Assembly (NCBI GenBank): GCA_944390435.1
Contig: CALXQC010000004.1
Coordinates: 1 to 51,489 of the forward strand
Reading direction: 5' to 3'
Origin: an uncultured Clostridia bacterium
GTDB taxonomy: Bacteria; Bacillota; Dehalobacteriia; UBA4068
Length of the DNA: 51,489 bases
How positions within the stretch are numbered: the stretch's first letter is position 1; each line of letters opens with the position of its first letter. Of this stretch, positions 16,171-26,116 are shown piece after piece. A program made the position numbers and the translations under genes. The notes beneath the pieces were generated by a model. It was not told where the DNA came from, searched no databases, and saw nothing but the letters and a program-made list of their open reading frames with translations.

Positions 16171-16827
16171 GAACAACTGCAGCAGCTCCGGGAAGCTGCT
16201 GATCGCATAATCCCAATGTGTCGGCTGCAGCTTTCCTTGGCCGAAGCCATAGCGGGCAAAGATAAACGGAATCCCCGCCAGCTGCGCCGCCTGCTGATCT
16301 TTAATCATATCTCCCACATAAACGGCGGAGCGTCCGGGCAGCCGCCGCATCACTTGGCGGATATTTTCGCCTTTGGGCAAGCCGGTGGCGCCAAAGCTCT
16401 CATAATCCCGAAAATATTTTCCCAGACCGGTCGTCTCAAAAAAACATTCTATATAACCCAGCTCGCAGTTGCTCACTATCGCCAAATCATGGCTGCTGGA
16501 TAATGCCGCTAAAGTCTCGGCTACACCGTGATACAGCCTACCGCCGCTGCACCTGAGCCAGGCATGCTCCTCGGCAAAACATTCCTCGACTAACTGCTCG
16601 CGCTGCTGCGGCGGCACCTGCGGAAAAATAGCCTCAGCGATCTCATCGGTAGTCAAGCCCATGCACTGCGATAGCTCCCAATCGCTGAGCGGGCCGCGCA
16701 GCCCAGGGTAGCGGGAGACTACCTGCTGCCAAGAGCCGGTCACCGCCGCCACCGAATCCCACAGCGTGCCGTCCAGATCAAAGATAATGCTGTCCACGCT
16801 GATCTCGCCGTTATTATGCTCCGTCAT
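16153..16827 (-). CDS. HAD-IA family hydrolase (phosphoglycolate phosphatase-like)
   Basis: Carries the IIFDLDGTLWDS motif I and VYVGDMIKD motif. The ATG at 16827 is preceded by AAGGAG at 7 nt. The track start at 16860 lacks an SD. Confidence 0.8.
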   Translation of the reverse strand: MTEHNNGEISVDSIIFDLDGTLWDSVAAVTGSWQQVVSRYPGLRGPLSDWELSQCMGLTTDEIAEAIFPQVPPQQREQLVEECFAEEHAWLRCSGGRLYHGVAETLAALSSSHDLAIVSNCELGYIECFFETTGLGKYFRDYESFGATGLPKGENIRQVMRRLPGRSAVYVGDMIKDQQAAQLAGIPFIFARYGFGQGKLQPTHWDYAISSFPELLQLFKKASR

Positions 16828-17344
16828 TACCGTCTCCTTTTGTCGCAGCTGATTCGTCATCTTGATTGCCCAGCGAACACGGATAACGAATCATCCGCCA
16901 TATCGACAGGCCGAGCCAGCCGAACAATAATGCCATGAAAGCCGGCAGCCACCATATCGGCAACTCCTGCATAGTAATAGTCCAATAGCTTATCAGGCCG
17001 AAGCCCATCACCATCAGGAACTTCAAGCCGACAAACAGCTCTAGAGTGATCTCGATCAAACGGCCGCGGTTGCGCTCCGTGACGCTGACCGGGAAATTCC
17101 AGATCTGCGGAAATAATTCCACTACTGACAGCAGCAGATAGAGCGCTAAGCCAATCAGCAGCGGCGTTAGTAAGCTCTCCTTATCGCCCCAGGCGTCAGG
17201 CTGGCCGCTCAGCCCGAAATGCGTTGGCAGCGGCTCGGGGATCTGCGGCCACTGAACAATAAAAAACAGCGCCCAGCCGATCAGCGCCGCCAAGATTAGC
17301 AGTTCGGCCAGCAGATGGCGCTGTTTGAAATATCTCCTCAACAT
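16814..17344 (-). CDS. DUF1648-like membrane protein
   Basis: Four TM helices, and IPEPLPTHFGLSGQPDAWGDK is reminiscent of the DUF1648/SdpI N-terminal region. The SD GAGGAG is upstream. Confidence 0.6.
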   Translation of the reverse strand: MLRRYFKQRHLLAELLILAALIGWALFFIVQWPQIPEPLPTHFGLSGQPDAWGDKESLLTPLLIGLALYLLLSVVELFPQIWNFPVSVTERNRGRLIEITLELFVGLKFLMVMGFGLISYWTITMQELPIWWLPAFMALLFGWLGLSIWRMIRYPCSLGNQDDESAATKGDGNDGA

Positions 17345-17403
17345 CTATCTCTCCTCAGCAATAAGCAGCGGGCGGGAGCACGCTAGCGCCAAGCCGAGCT
17401 AAA

Positions 17404-19077
17404 TCAAAACAGCGTCGGCTGCCGCATCATCTCCAGCATTTCTTTGGCCTGGCTGCGAGTAGTCGCCCCGGCCTTATCGCCGGCGATCATTCGGGCTATT
17501 TCATCGATCCGTTCCGCCTCGCTCAAGCTATGGGCTGCAACTACTGTACGCCCAGCCTCCTCATGTTTTTCGATCATAATTTGGTGAGTAGCAGCTGCAG
17601 CCATCACTGCGTTATGCGTTACCACCAAAGCCTGGGCGTTTTCACCCACCAGAGCTATACGCTGCGCTACAGAAACCAGCGCCTTGCCGGACAGTCCAGT
17701 ATCCACCTCATCGAAGATTAAAGTCGGTACAGTATCCAACTGCGCCAAAATAACCTTGAGCCCCAAAACAATGCGCGATAATTCGCCGCCGCTGGCAATC
17801 TTGGCTACCGGCAGCAACGGTTCTCCGGTATTGGGCTGGATCATAAACAAGGCGCGCTCATTACCCTGCAGCGACGGAGCAGCCGCCGGCAGATCAACGC
17901 GGAAGGTAGCGGCCGGCATCGCCAAAGCATGCAATTCCCGGGTTACAGCCTCGCCCAAAAGCCGCGCCGCTTGCGATCTGGCTGCGCTCAGCTGACGCGC
18001 AGCTTGATCGTAGACAGACTCCGCTTGCTGTTGCGCCTGATACAAAGCAGCGCCTGATAGTGAAAAGCTTTCCAACTCCGCCAGCTCAGATTTGGACTGT
18101 GCCAGCAATTGCATCAGCCCTTCCAGGCTGGCCTGATATTTCTTTTTTAGCTTATTGAGCATACTCAAGCGGGCGTCTACCGCCTCCAAGCGGTAAGCGT
18201 CCAAGTCCACGCGATCCCGATAGGCAGCTAATTCCCGTGCCAAATCCTCCGTCTCGAAGAATACGCTTTGCAGCCTGGCCGACAGTTCTTCCGCCTGGGG
18301 ATCCAGTGCGGCGACATTTTTCACCACCGCCATAGCGGAATTGAGACTATCCACCGCAGCGCCGCTGCCATTCAGCGCGCTGACCGCCTCCCCTGCCAAC
18401 TGGAACAGCTTTTCCCCATGCGCCAGCAAATGCGCTTCCGCAGATAACTGCTCGTCCTCACCAGGATGCAATTCCGCCTGTTCCAACTCGTCGATAAGAT
18501 AATGCAATTCATCCATCCGCCGCGCCCGCTGCTCGCGACCGTTCTCAAACTCCGCGACTTGACGCTTGGCCTGCTGCATCTGCTGATAAGCCTGGGCGGT
18601 AGCTGTCAGCGGTGCGGCGATATCTGCGGAGAAACTATCCAGCAACAATAGCTGCTGTTCTTCATCCAGCAACAACATATGTTCCTGTTGGCCATGAATA
18701 TTAATCAGCATCCGGCCCAGCTCACGCAATAACGACAGATTGGCTGGGCGGCCGTTAATCCTGGCAATGCTGCGTCCGCCGCGCACCAATTCCCTGCTCA
18801 GGATCAGATTATCTTCAGCATCAATATCGTGTTCCTGCAAAAAAGCCACAGCGGGCTGCGGATACGGAGGCAAGAAAATCCCCTCCAAAAGGCATTTATC
18901 GCAGCCGCTGCGGATAAAATTATCACTACCCCGCCCGCCGATCAGCAATGAAACAGCGTCGATCAGCAAAGACTTGCCGGCGCCGGTTTCGCCAGTCAGC
19001 GCATTCATTCCCTCGCCTAGACTCATGCGCAGCGTGGAAATCAGGGCGAAATTTTCAGCATAGATCTCGTAGAGCAT
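17404..19077 (-). CDS. recN: DNA repair protein RecN
   Basis: 557 aa. Has the Walker A motif LTGETGAGKSLLIDA, a long coiled-coil middle section, and C-terminal SGGELSRI ... LIFDEVDTGLSG. Confidence 0.96.
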   Translation of the reverse strand: MLYEIYAENFALISTLRMSLGEGMNALTGETGAGKSLLIDAVSLLIGGRGSDNFIRSGCDKCLLEGIFLPPYPQPAVAFLQEHDIDAEDNLILSRELVRGGRSIARINGRPANLSLLRELGRMLINIHGQQEHMLLLDEEQQLLLLDSFSADIAAPLTATAQAYQQMQQAKRQVAEFENGREQRARRMDELHYLIDELEQAELHPGEDEQLSAEAHLLAHGEKLFQLAGEAVSALNGSGAAVDSLNSAMAVVKNVAALDPQAEELSARLQSVFFETEDLARELAAYRDRVDLDAYRLEAVDARLSMLNKLKKKYQASLEGLMQLLAQSKSELAELESFSLSGAALYQAQQQAESVYDQAARQLSAARSQAARLLGEAVTRELHALAMPAATFRVDLPAAAPSLQGNERALFMIQPNTGEPLLPVAKIASGGELSRIVLGLKVILAQLDTVPTLIFDEVDTGLSGKALVSVAQRIALVGENAQALVVTHNAVMAAAATHQIMIEKHEEAGRTVVAAHSLSEAERIDEIARMIAGDKAGATTRSQAKEMLEMMRQPTLF

Positions 19078-19099
19078 ATGAACCCTCTTTTCGAGGCGC

Positions 19100-19552
19100 T
19101 TAGGCCATCAAAGATCTAATCCGGTCTGCTAAGGCGTAAATATCGTCCTCTTCGCGAACTGCGACGAAGATCGTATCATCGCCGGCGATGCTGCCGACGA
19201 TCTCTTTCCAGCCTAGTCCGTCGAGACAGAAAGCCACGCCCTGAGCAGTGCCGGGCAAGGCTTTAAGAATGATTAATTCGCGGACCACTTCAACCTTGAT
19301 CAGATTGTCCCGCAGCATCCTTTTGACCCGGTCAAAAGTATTGACGGTAGTCATTCCCGGAGGAAAACCGTAGCAAAAGCTATTATCGCCGGTAGCGATT
19401 TTGACCAAACCTAAATCTTTAATATCGCGCGAAATCGTGGCCTGGGTGACATTCATCCCGTATTTAGCCAAAGCTTCAGTCAGCTGATATTGAGTCTCGA
19501 TATTCTGCTGCTCGATAATCTCCCGAATTAGTTTATGGCGACGTGTTTTCAT
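19100..19552 (-). CDS. argR: Arginine repressor
   Basis: 150 aa. Carries RHKLIREIIEQQNIETQYQLTEALAKYGMNVTQATISRDIKDLGLVK and C-terminal GTIAGDDTIF-like SIAGDDTIFV. Confidence 0.95.
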   Translation of the reverse strand: MKTRRHKLIREIIEQQNIETQYQLTEALAKYGMNVTQATISRDIKDLGLVKIATGDNSFCYGFPPGMTTVNTFDRVKRMLRDNLIKVEVVRELIILKALPGTAQGVAFCLDGLGWKEIVGSIAGDDTIFVAVREEDDIYALADRIRSLMA

Positions 19553-19658
19553 CTCTTTTTACCCCCTCGCGCAATCGGCGTTTTCCTAACCATCCGGCGT
19601 TCATTGTTCTGCTGGGACAGCATCTTGCTTGTCTGCCAAACTGGCGGCTGCACTGAAC

Positions 19659-20498
19659 TTACTCTTTGCGGTAAATTTTCTTTTTAATCCGTTCAAAATA
19701 GTCATCTGGGCCAAACTGAATAATCCGCGCCTTCTTTTCCGCCGCAGAAATCGACACCAGATCATTTTTCGCCAAGGTGACTCTAAACTGCCCGTCTGCA
19801 GTCAGAAAGGCGCTGTGAGAATCGCTTTTGAAGACAATATCGATCTTGCTATCGGCAGAAGCGACGATCGGCCGGGAAAAAAAGGTATGCGGGCAAATCG
19901 GCGTGATCAGCATAATATCCATATTCTCCATCAAAATCGGCCCGCCGGCGGACAACGAATAGCCGGTACTGCCAGTAGGAGTGGAGACAATCACCCCATC
20001 GGCATTATAGGAATCGATTGCCTGCGCATCGACGCTTAAATCAAAAGTAATCGCCCGGGAATATTCGCCGGAACTCACGACAAAATCATTAAAAGCAGTA
20101 AAAACAGACTGCTCTTCCCCATCGCGGATCAAAGAAGCCTTGATCATCAGCCGTTCGCGAAGCGAATAGCGGCCGGCAAGCAGTTTGTCTACCGCGGCCA
20201 AAGCGCCATCTTCTTCCGTAGAAGAAAGAAAACCGACTCGTCCCATATTGATCCCAAACAGCGGGATATCAAACACCGACAAAGCCCGCACCGCCGCCAG
20301 TAGCGTGCCGTCACCGCCCAAAACAATACCGGCGTCGCAAGAAGAAAAATCAACGCCTTCCAACTGGTCTATAGGGAAACCCGGTTTATCCGGGCCCGGC
20401 ATAATATCCGCACCCCGCTCATATAGATACTTAGCAAGGGTAGAGGTAAAGCCAACACTTCTTTCCCGCTTGGCATTATAAATTATGACTATTTTCAT
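19659..20498 (-). CDS. nadK: NAD kinase
   Basis: 279 aa. Carries GGDGTLL, NMGRVGFL and the STPTGSTGYSLSAGGP motif. Confidence 0.95.
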   Translation of the reverse strand: MKIVIIYNAKRERSVGFTSTLAKYLYERGADIMPGPDKPGFPIDQLEGVDFSSCDAGIVLGGDGTLLAAVRALSVFDIPLFGINMGRVGFLSSTEEDGALAAVDKLLAGRYSLRERLMIKASLIRDGEEQSVFTAFNDFVVSSGEYSRAITFDLSVDAQAIDSYNADGVIVSTPTGSTGYSLSAGGPILMENMDIMLITPICPHTFFSRPIVASADSKIDIVFKSDSHSAFLTADGQFRVTLAKNDLVSISAAEKKARIIQFGPDDYFERIKKKIYRKE

Positions 20499-20632
20499 CT
20501 CTGCTCCTTAGGGGAAATCCCGGCATCGCATCTGAGGAAATGTATTATTACTTAATAGTTTAACGAATTTATACGCTTATTTCAAGTCTTTTCTTTTAAT
20601 AATTATACATCAACTATCTTTTATGTCGCTAT

Positions 20633-21259
20633 TTGTTGAAACATTCTTGCATAAAAGAGAAGGTATCGGCTTTATCAATTAAGAATTATTGTGCAGAAAA
20701 ATCTGTGGAGGGGGCAATTCTCACGGGCAGTACAGATAAAAAATCCAATATTATCCTCGTTGGCTTTATGGGCAGCGGCAAAACGGTGATCGGCCGAAAT
20801 CTCGCCCGGCTGCTTGACTATAGTTTCGCCGATACCGACGACGCTATCCGCGAGGTCACCGGCATGGATCTGGATCGGCTCTATCATAAATGCGGCGAGA
20901 TCCGCTTTCGCTCCGAAGAAAAACTGGTAATCAGCAAGCTCGCGCCTAAACAGCACCAGGTGATCGCCTGCGGCGGCAGCTTTATCCCCGCTGCAGACAG
21001 CATGGAACTGCTGGAAGCAGATGGTTACTTTGTACTGCTGACTGCCGACGCTCCGACCATTCACAGCCGGATCACCCGCAAAAGCAACCGCGTACTGCCC
21101 TACGGGAAGCCATCGCTAGCCGATATTTCTGCGATGCTGGAAGAAAGGCGGCGCTGCTTTGCCGGCATCAGCCAGCTTTGCATCGATACCGGAAAAATGA
21201 GCGTCGATGAAGCGGCCGAGCATATCGCAAACAGTTACCGCGCTTATTTGGAATCCTAA
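20633..21259 (+). CDS. aroK: Shikimate kinase (start codon uncertain)
   Basis: Carries IILVGFMGSGKTVIGRNLARLLDYSFADTDD. The track ORF begins at a TTG (20633) about 40 codons before the P-loop. The only other in-frame candidate is GTG at 20705, and neither has a good SD. Confidence 0.85.
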   Translation: MLKHSCIKEKVSALSIKNYCAEKSVEGAILTGSTDKKSNIILVGFMGSGKTVIGRNLARLLDYSFADTDDAIREVTGMDLDRLYHKCGEIRFRSEEKLVISKLAPKQHQVIACGGSFIPAADSMELLEADGYFVLLTADAPTIHSRITRKSNRVLPYGKPSLADISAMLEERRRCFAGISQLCIDTGKMSVDEAAEHIANSYRAYLES

Positions 21260-21360
21260 AACAGCCTCTGCAAAACAGCATGCAGTCGCCGATAAAACTG
21301 TGCTGCGGCCAAGCATAAAATATCCGCTGATTTGTACAATTCTACCATTCATGATATAAT

Positions 21361-21390
21361 AAAATCACGCTTACGGCGTGATTTTATTTA
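21361..21390 (+). terminator. Rho-independent terminator after aroK
   Basis: AAAATCACGC-ttacg-GCGTGATTTT followed by ATTTA. Confidence 0.6.
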
Positions 21391-21411
21391 TAGCATTAAT
21401 GAGGCGAGCAA

Positions 21412-22260
21412 ATGATACAATGGTATCCCGGCCATATGGCAAAAACTAAGCGCAATATCGAAGCAGACCTGGCCTTGGTCGATATGATTATAGAAGTGAT
21501 CGACGCCCGTATCCCCGCCTCTTCGCGCAACCCTGACCTGCAGCCATACATCAAGCGCAAAGCGCATTTGCTGCTGCTCAATAAAAGCGACCTGGCTGAA
21601 GAAAAGCTGACCCGGCAATGGATCTCCCATTACCGGAAAATGGGCTATATACCCGCCGCCGTCAATGCCGCCCGCAAACAGGGGCTGAGGGAAATGATGC
21701 TGGCGATCGAAACTGCGTCCCGGCCGATCATGGCCAAACTGAAGGAAAAAAACCGCCTGCCGCGTCCGGTGAGGGCTATGGTGCTGGGAATACCCAACTG
21801 CGGCAAATCAACGGTCATCAATGCTATCGCTCCCAATGCCTCCGCCAAAACCGGCAATAAACCGGGAGTAACGCGCGGCCGGCAATGGGTCAAAACCAAA
21901 GCCGGTATCGAGCTGCTGGATACGCCCGGTATGCTCTGGCCAAAATTCGCCGATTATGATACCGCTTTCAAATTAGCAGTCTGCGGCTCGATCAGTGATT
22001 CAGTCTTTCCGGTCTACCAGGTAGGATGTGAGCTGGCGCAGCGGCTGAAAGATCTGGCGCCGCAACAATTCGCCGCCAGATATAAAATGGCTATTATCCC
22101 CGATACTGCCGAAGAAATTTTAGCGCTCATCGCCCAAAACCGCGGTATGTTGGGACAAGGCGGCAAGCCGCGGGATGAAGATGCGGCGCTGCTGCTGATC
22201 CAGGAATTTCGCGCCGGCAAAATCGGCCGCATCACTATGGAAAGGCCGGCAGCGCATTAG
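21412..22260 (+). CDS. rbgA: Ribosome biogenesis GTPase A (YlqF/RbgA)
   Basis: 282 aa. Starts MIQWYPGHMAKTKR, with circularly permuted GTPase motifs (LLLNKSDL ... GIPNCGKST ... LLDTPGM). Confidence 0.95.
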   Translation: MIQWYPGHMAKTKRNIEADLALVDMIIEVIDARIPASSRNPDLQPYIKRKAHLLLLNKSDLAEEKLTRQWISHYRKMGYIPAAVNAARKQGLREMMLAIETASRPIMAKLKEKNRLPRPVRAMVLGIPNCGKSTVINAIAPNASAKTGNKPGVTRGRQWVKTKAGIELLDTPGMLWPKFADYDTAFKLAVCGSISDSVFPVYQVGCELAQRLKDLAPQQFAARYKMAIIPDTAEEILALIAQNRGMLGQGGKPRDEDAALLLIQEFRAGKIGRITMERPAAH

Positions 22261-22278
22261 CCTACGCCGAAGCAAAAC

Positions 22279-22902
22279 ATGATGAACAACTTACTGCCAG
22301 CAGAACAAGAGCGGCTTATCGCCATGAGCCGCTATGAACAAGCACTATGGGAAGATGGGCTTTCTTATCTGGCCGGAGTGGATGAAGCCGGAAGAGGCCC
22401 GCTGGCCGGCCCGGTAACCGCAGCGGCAGTTATTCTCCCGCCGGGATGCCTGATTCCCGGAATTAATGACAGCAAAAAACTTTCGGAGAAAAAGCGCCTC
22501 GCCCTCGAAGCAGAGATCAAAAGACAAGCTGTTGCCTGGTCATGCGCCCATGTCAACCAGCGGATAATCGATCAAATCAATATTCTCGAAGCCAGCCGCC
22601 TAGCGATGGTACGGGCGATCAGCAAGCTGATGGTTGCGCCGCAGCATCTGCTGACCGACGCATTGCGTCTGCCACTCGAACTGCCGCAGACGCCGATCAT
22701 CCACGGCGATGCTCTGAGCGTTTCAATTGCCGCAGCCAGCATTATCGCTAAAAATACCCGTGACCGGCTGATGCTGCTAATGGACGCTAAATGGCCGCAA
22801 TACGGATTCGCCAAACATAAGGGCTATCCTACCGTAGCGCATAAGCGAGCTATCCGACAATACGGCTACTGCCCTATTCACCGCCGCAGCTTCAAATACT
22901 AA
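22279..22902 (+). CDS. rnhB: Ribonuclease HII
   Basis: 207 aa. Carries GVDEAGRGPLAGPV and DSKKLS. The conserved rbgA-rnhB adjacency is present. Confidence 0.95.
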   Translation: MMNNLLPAEQERLIAMSRYEQALWEDGLSYLAGVDEAGRGPLAGPVTAAAVILPPGCLIPGINDSKKLSEKKRLALEAEIKRQAVAWSCAHVNQRIIDQINILEASRLAMVRAISKLMVAPQHLLTDALRLPLELPQTPIIHGDALSVSIAAASIIAKNTRDRLMLLMDAKWPQYGFAKHKGYPTVAHKRAIRQYGYCPIHRRSFKY

Positions 22903-22914
22903 CAGGAGAACCCC

Positions 22915-23262
22915 ATGAGCCGATTCAACAAGCAAGCCGGAGCTGCTGGAGAAGATCTGGCCGCGCGCGAATTGCAGCGCTGCGGCTACCAAATCCTGGC
23001 GCGCAATTACCGCAAACCTACCGGCGAAATCGATCTGATCGCCCAAAAGGGGGCCACCGTCTATTTCGTTGAGGTCAAAGCGCAGCACAACACCGCCTAT
23101 TCTCCCCCTTCCGCCAAGGTCAACGCCACAAAAAAACAGCATATCGCCAATACCGCGGCGATTTGGTTTGCCGAACACGGTGAGCAAAACAGCAGTTTTT
23201 TAGTGGCAGAGGTAGATTTATCCGCCCAGACAGTAGTATTGCTGGAAGATTTTCTCCAATAA
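22915..23262 (+). CDS. YraN-family (UPF0102) endonuclease-like protein
   Basis: 115 aa. Carries GAAGEDLAARELQRCGYQILARNYRKPTGEIDLIAQKGATVYFVEVKA. Confidence 0.9.
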   Translation: MSRFNKQAGAAGEDLAARELQRCGYQILARNYRKPTGEIDLIAQKGATVYFVEVKAQHNTAYSPPSAKVNATKKQHIANTAAIWFAEHGEQNSSFLVAEVDLSAQTVVLLEDFLQ

Positions 23263-23280
23263 CATTTTCGCCGCCAGAAA

Positions 23281-23309
23281 TTGACAAACCGACTCCCGTC
23301 ATGATAAGT
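23281..23309 (+). promoter_or_regulatory. Candidate sigma-A promoter for dxs-tlyA
   Basis: TTGACA-17 nt-ATAAGT, 47 nt upstream of the dxs ATG. The dxs SD is GAGGAGG. Confidence 0.5.
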
Positions 23310-23355
23310 TAAGACAGTTAGCGGCAACCGACACCCGAGGAGGCACCAAGACAAG

Positions 23356-25215
23356 ATGATCCTTGATCATATCAATAATCCGCAGGACTTAAAAGCCCTC
23401 CCCATAGATGATCTACCACAGCTGGCGCAAGAAATTCGCGAGCTGATTATCAAAACTACCGCGGAAAACGGCGGGCATTTAGCGCCGAATCTCGGAGTGG
23501 TTGAGCTGACTATTGCTCTGCATTATGTCTTTGACACGCCGGCTGATAAAATCATCTGGGACGTCGGGCATCAATCATATGCGCATAAAATTCTTACCGG
23601 GCGCAAGGATCAGTTCGCTACCATCCGCCAGCCGGGAGGGGTCAGCGGTTTTTGTTCCCGCAATGAAAGCGAATATGATTGCTTCACCACCGGCCACAGC
23701 AGCAATTCCGTTTCCGTAGCTATGGGTATGGCGGAAGCGCGCGACCTCAGCGGGCAGGATCATCATGTGATCGCAGTAATCGGCGACGGCGCGATCTCCG
23801 GCGGCATGGCGCTGGAGGCGCTCAATCATGCCGGCGACCTGGAAACTCCGATGCTGGTAGTGCTTAATGATAATGAAATGAGCATCAACCATAATGTCGG
23901 CGCGCTCAACCGTTATCTATCGCATATCCGCTCCCACCCCAAATACAGCCGGGCCAAAAATAATGTTCATCAGGCGCTGGACCATCTGCCGGGACTAGGT
24001 AAGCCTCTCACCAGAGCGATCAGTAATTTCAAAAACGGCGTCAAATCACTGCTGGTTCCGGGTATCTTTTTTGAATACCTGGGCTTCACCTATCTAGGAC
24101 CTACGGACGGGCATAATATTCGGGAGTTAATAGAGATCCTCCGCCAAGCGGCTACCATCAAACGTCCGGTGCTGCTGCACACTATCACCGTCAAGGGCAA
24201 GGGCTATGAGCCCGCTGAGCTGCATCCGCATAATTGGCACGGCGTAGAACCATTCGATATCACGACCGGGCAGCCCAAAAGCAATAATCTGCATTTAACC
24301 TATACCGCGGCATTCGGCGAAGCCCTCTGCGGCCTAGCGGAAGAAGATCCTAACATCATTGCGATCACAGCCGCGATGACCGACGGAACTGGGCTGACCG
24401 GATTCAAGAAACAATTTCCCAGCCGCTTTTTTGACGCAGGAATCGCCGAACAACATGCCGTTACCTTTGCCGCCGGCCTGGCCAATGCTGGTAAAAAACC
24501 GGTGGTGGCGATCTACTCTTCTTTTATCCAACGGGCCTACGATCAGATCATGGAAGACGTCTGTCTGCAAAAACTGCCTGTTGTGCTGGCCATCGACCGC
24601 GCAGGAATTGTCGGCAACGACGGCTATACGCATCAGGGAATTTATGATCTATCTTTCTTGCTGACCATTCCGGGACTGACGGTTATGGCGCCGGCTGATG
24701 CCCGGGAACTGCGTATGATGCTGCGTTTTGCTCTGAATTCCGAGCGGCCGTCCGCATTGCGGTATCCCAAAGCGCAGGATCGGGAATTGCCGCTGGTTCT
24801 GCCAAAGATCGAGCTGGGCAAAGCCGTTATCCTCCGTGAAGGCGGAGATTTATGCTTCTTTGCCATCGGCTCAATGGTCTCGGTAGCGCTAGATGCTGCA
24901 GCGCTGCTCAATAAGCGCGGCATTCAGGCCCGCGTCGTAAACGCCCGCTTCGCAGCTCCGCTTGATGATTTAATGCTGCGGGACTGCATTGCCTCCTGCC
25001 ACGGACGGATTATCACTGCGGAAGAAAACGTACAGGAAGGCGGCTTTGGCGCGGCCTGCCAAATGCTGCTGGCCCACAGCGGCGCCGATATCACAACAGC
25101 GGCCCTGCCGCATGATTTTATTGCTCAGGGCTGCCGGGTGCAGCAGCTGGAGAAATACGGACTTTCTGCGGAACGCTTAGCGGAAATGGCCTATAACCAA
25201 TGGTTTAGGGATTAA
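23356..25215 (+). CDS. dxs: 1-deoxy-D-xylulose-5-phosphate synthase
   Basis: 619 aa. Carries GGHLAPNLGVVELTIALHYVF, the ThDP motif GDGAISGGMALEALN, and the transketolase-like C-terminal domains. Confidence 0.97.
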   Translation: MILDHINNPQDLKALPIDDLPQLAQEIRELIIKTTAENGGHLAPNLGVVELTIALHYVFDTPADKIIWDVGHQSYAHKILTGRKDQFATIRQPGGVSGFCSRNESEYDCFTTGHSSNSVSVAMGMAEARDLSGQDHHVIAVIGDGAISGGMALEALNHAGDLETPMLVVLNDNEMSINHNVGALNRYLSHIRSHPKYSRAKNNVHQALDHLPGLGKPLTRAISNFKNGVKSLLVPGIFFEYLGFTYLGPTDGHNIRELIEILRQAATIKRPVLLHTITVKGKGYEPAELHPHNWHGVEPFDITTGQPKSNNLHLTYTAAFGEALCGLAEEDPNIIAITAAMTDGTGLTGFKKQFPSRFFDAGIAEQHAVTFAAGLANAGKKPVVAIYSSFIQRAYDQIMEDVCLQKLPVVLAIDRAGIVGNDGYTHQGIYDLSFLLTIPGLTVMAPADARELRMMLRFALNSERPSALRYPKAQDRELPLVLPKIELGKAVILREGGDLCFFAIGSMVSVALDAAALLNKRGIQARVVNARFAAPLDDLMLRDCIASCHGRIITAEENVQEGGFGAACQMLLAHSGADITTAALPHDFIAQGCRVQQLEKYGLSAERLAEMAYNQWFRD

Positions 25216-25218
25216 ATA

Positions 25219-26034
25219 ATGGCAAAAGCAACTAAAGATAAACAGCGGCTCGATCTGCTGCTCACAGAAAGAGGGCTATTTCCTTCCCGGGAACAAGCCA
25301 AAGCGGCGATCATGGCCGGAGAAGTATTAGTCAACGAGCAGAAAATTGATAAAGCGGGTATGGCAGTGGATAGCAATTGCGCCATACGCCTATTAGGGCG
25401 GCAGCTTCCCTATGTTTCCCGCGGCGGGCTGAAGCTGGAGAAAGCGATTGAGAGCTTCAGGCTGCAGCTAACCGGCAAAACGCTGATCGATATCGGCGCT
25501 TCCACCGGAGGATTTGTTGACTGCGCGCTGCAAAACGGCGCCGCCAAAGTCTATGCGGTAGATGTCGGCTATAATCAGCTGGCCTGGAAACTGCGTACTG
25601 ATCCGCGGGTAATCGTGCTGGAAAAAACCAATGCCCGTTATCTGGACCAACAAATCATCCCCGAACAGGCAGATATGCTGACTGCTGATGTCTCCTTCAT
25701 CTCCCTCACCCTGGCAATGCCAGCGGCTATTGAACACCTGCTCAAAGACCAGGGAGAAATAGCCTGCCTTATCAAGCCGCAATTTGAAGCCGGGAGGGAA
25801 TTAGTAGGCAAGGGCGGCATCGTCCGCGATCCTGCAGTACACCGTCAGGTGATCGAGAAAGTACTAGCCTGTTTCAATGCGCTGGGTGCTGGAGCTCAAG
25901 CGCTCGACTACTCGCCGATCACCGGCTCGGACGGCAATATTGAATATCTGCTCTACGCAGTCAAGGGCCGTCCGCCGCAAGATATAGCAGTAACAACAGT
26001 GATCGAGGCTGCGCATCAGTCTCTCGGCAAATAA
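25219..26034 (+). CDS. tlyA: TlyA-family rRNA (cytidine-2'-O)-methyltransferase
   Basis: 271 aa. Has an S4-like N-terminus (RLDLLLTERGLFPSREQAKAAIMAGEVLVN) and the SAM motif LIDIGASTGGF. Confidence 0.93.
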   Translation: MAKATKDKQRLDLLLTERGLFPSREQAKAAIMAGEVLVNEQKIDKAGMAVDSNCAIRLLGRQLPYVSRGGLKLEKAIESFRLQLTGKTLIDIGASTGGFVDCALQNGAAKVYAVDVGYNQLAWKLRTDPRVIVLEKTNARYLDQQIIPEQADMLTADVSFISLTLAMPAAIEHLLKDQGEIACLIKPQFEAGRELVGKGGIVRDPAVHRQVIEKVLACFNALGAGAQALDYSPITGSDGNIEYLLYAVKGRPPQDIAVTTVIEAAHQSLGK

Positions 26035-26051
26035 AAGATTCACCTGCCAAC

Positions 26052-26088
26052 AAATAATCAGGACGCTAGTAAGCGTCCTGATTATTTT
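26052..26088. terminator. Bidirectional rho-independent terminator
   Basis: AAATAATCAGGACGC-tagtaa-GCGTCCTGATTATTT. Confidence 0.8.
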
Positions 26089-26116
26089 ACACTCCGGACA
26101 AATCAGCTCGTACAAT

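Noticed and set aside
21332-21390. A TTGTAC-17-TATAAT promoter-like element abuts the aroK terminator hairpin, raising the possibility of an rbgA leader attenuator.
   Set aside because: The hairpin is most simply the aroK terminator. A TSS from this -10 would fall inside the 5' arm, so the same hairpin would not form completely. There is no alternative structure or conserved leader to support regulation.
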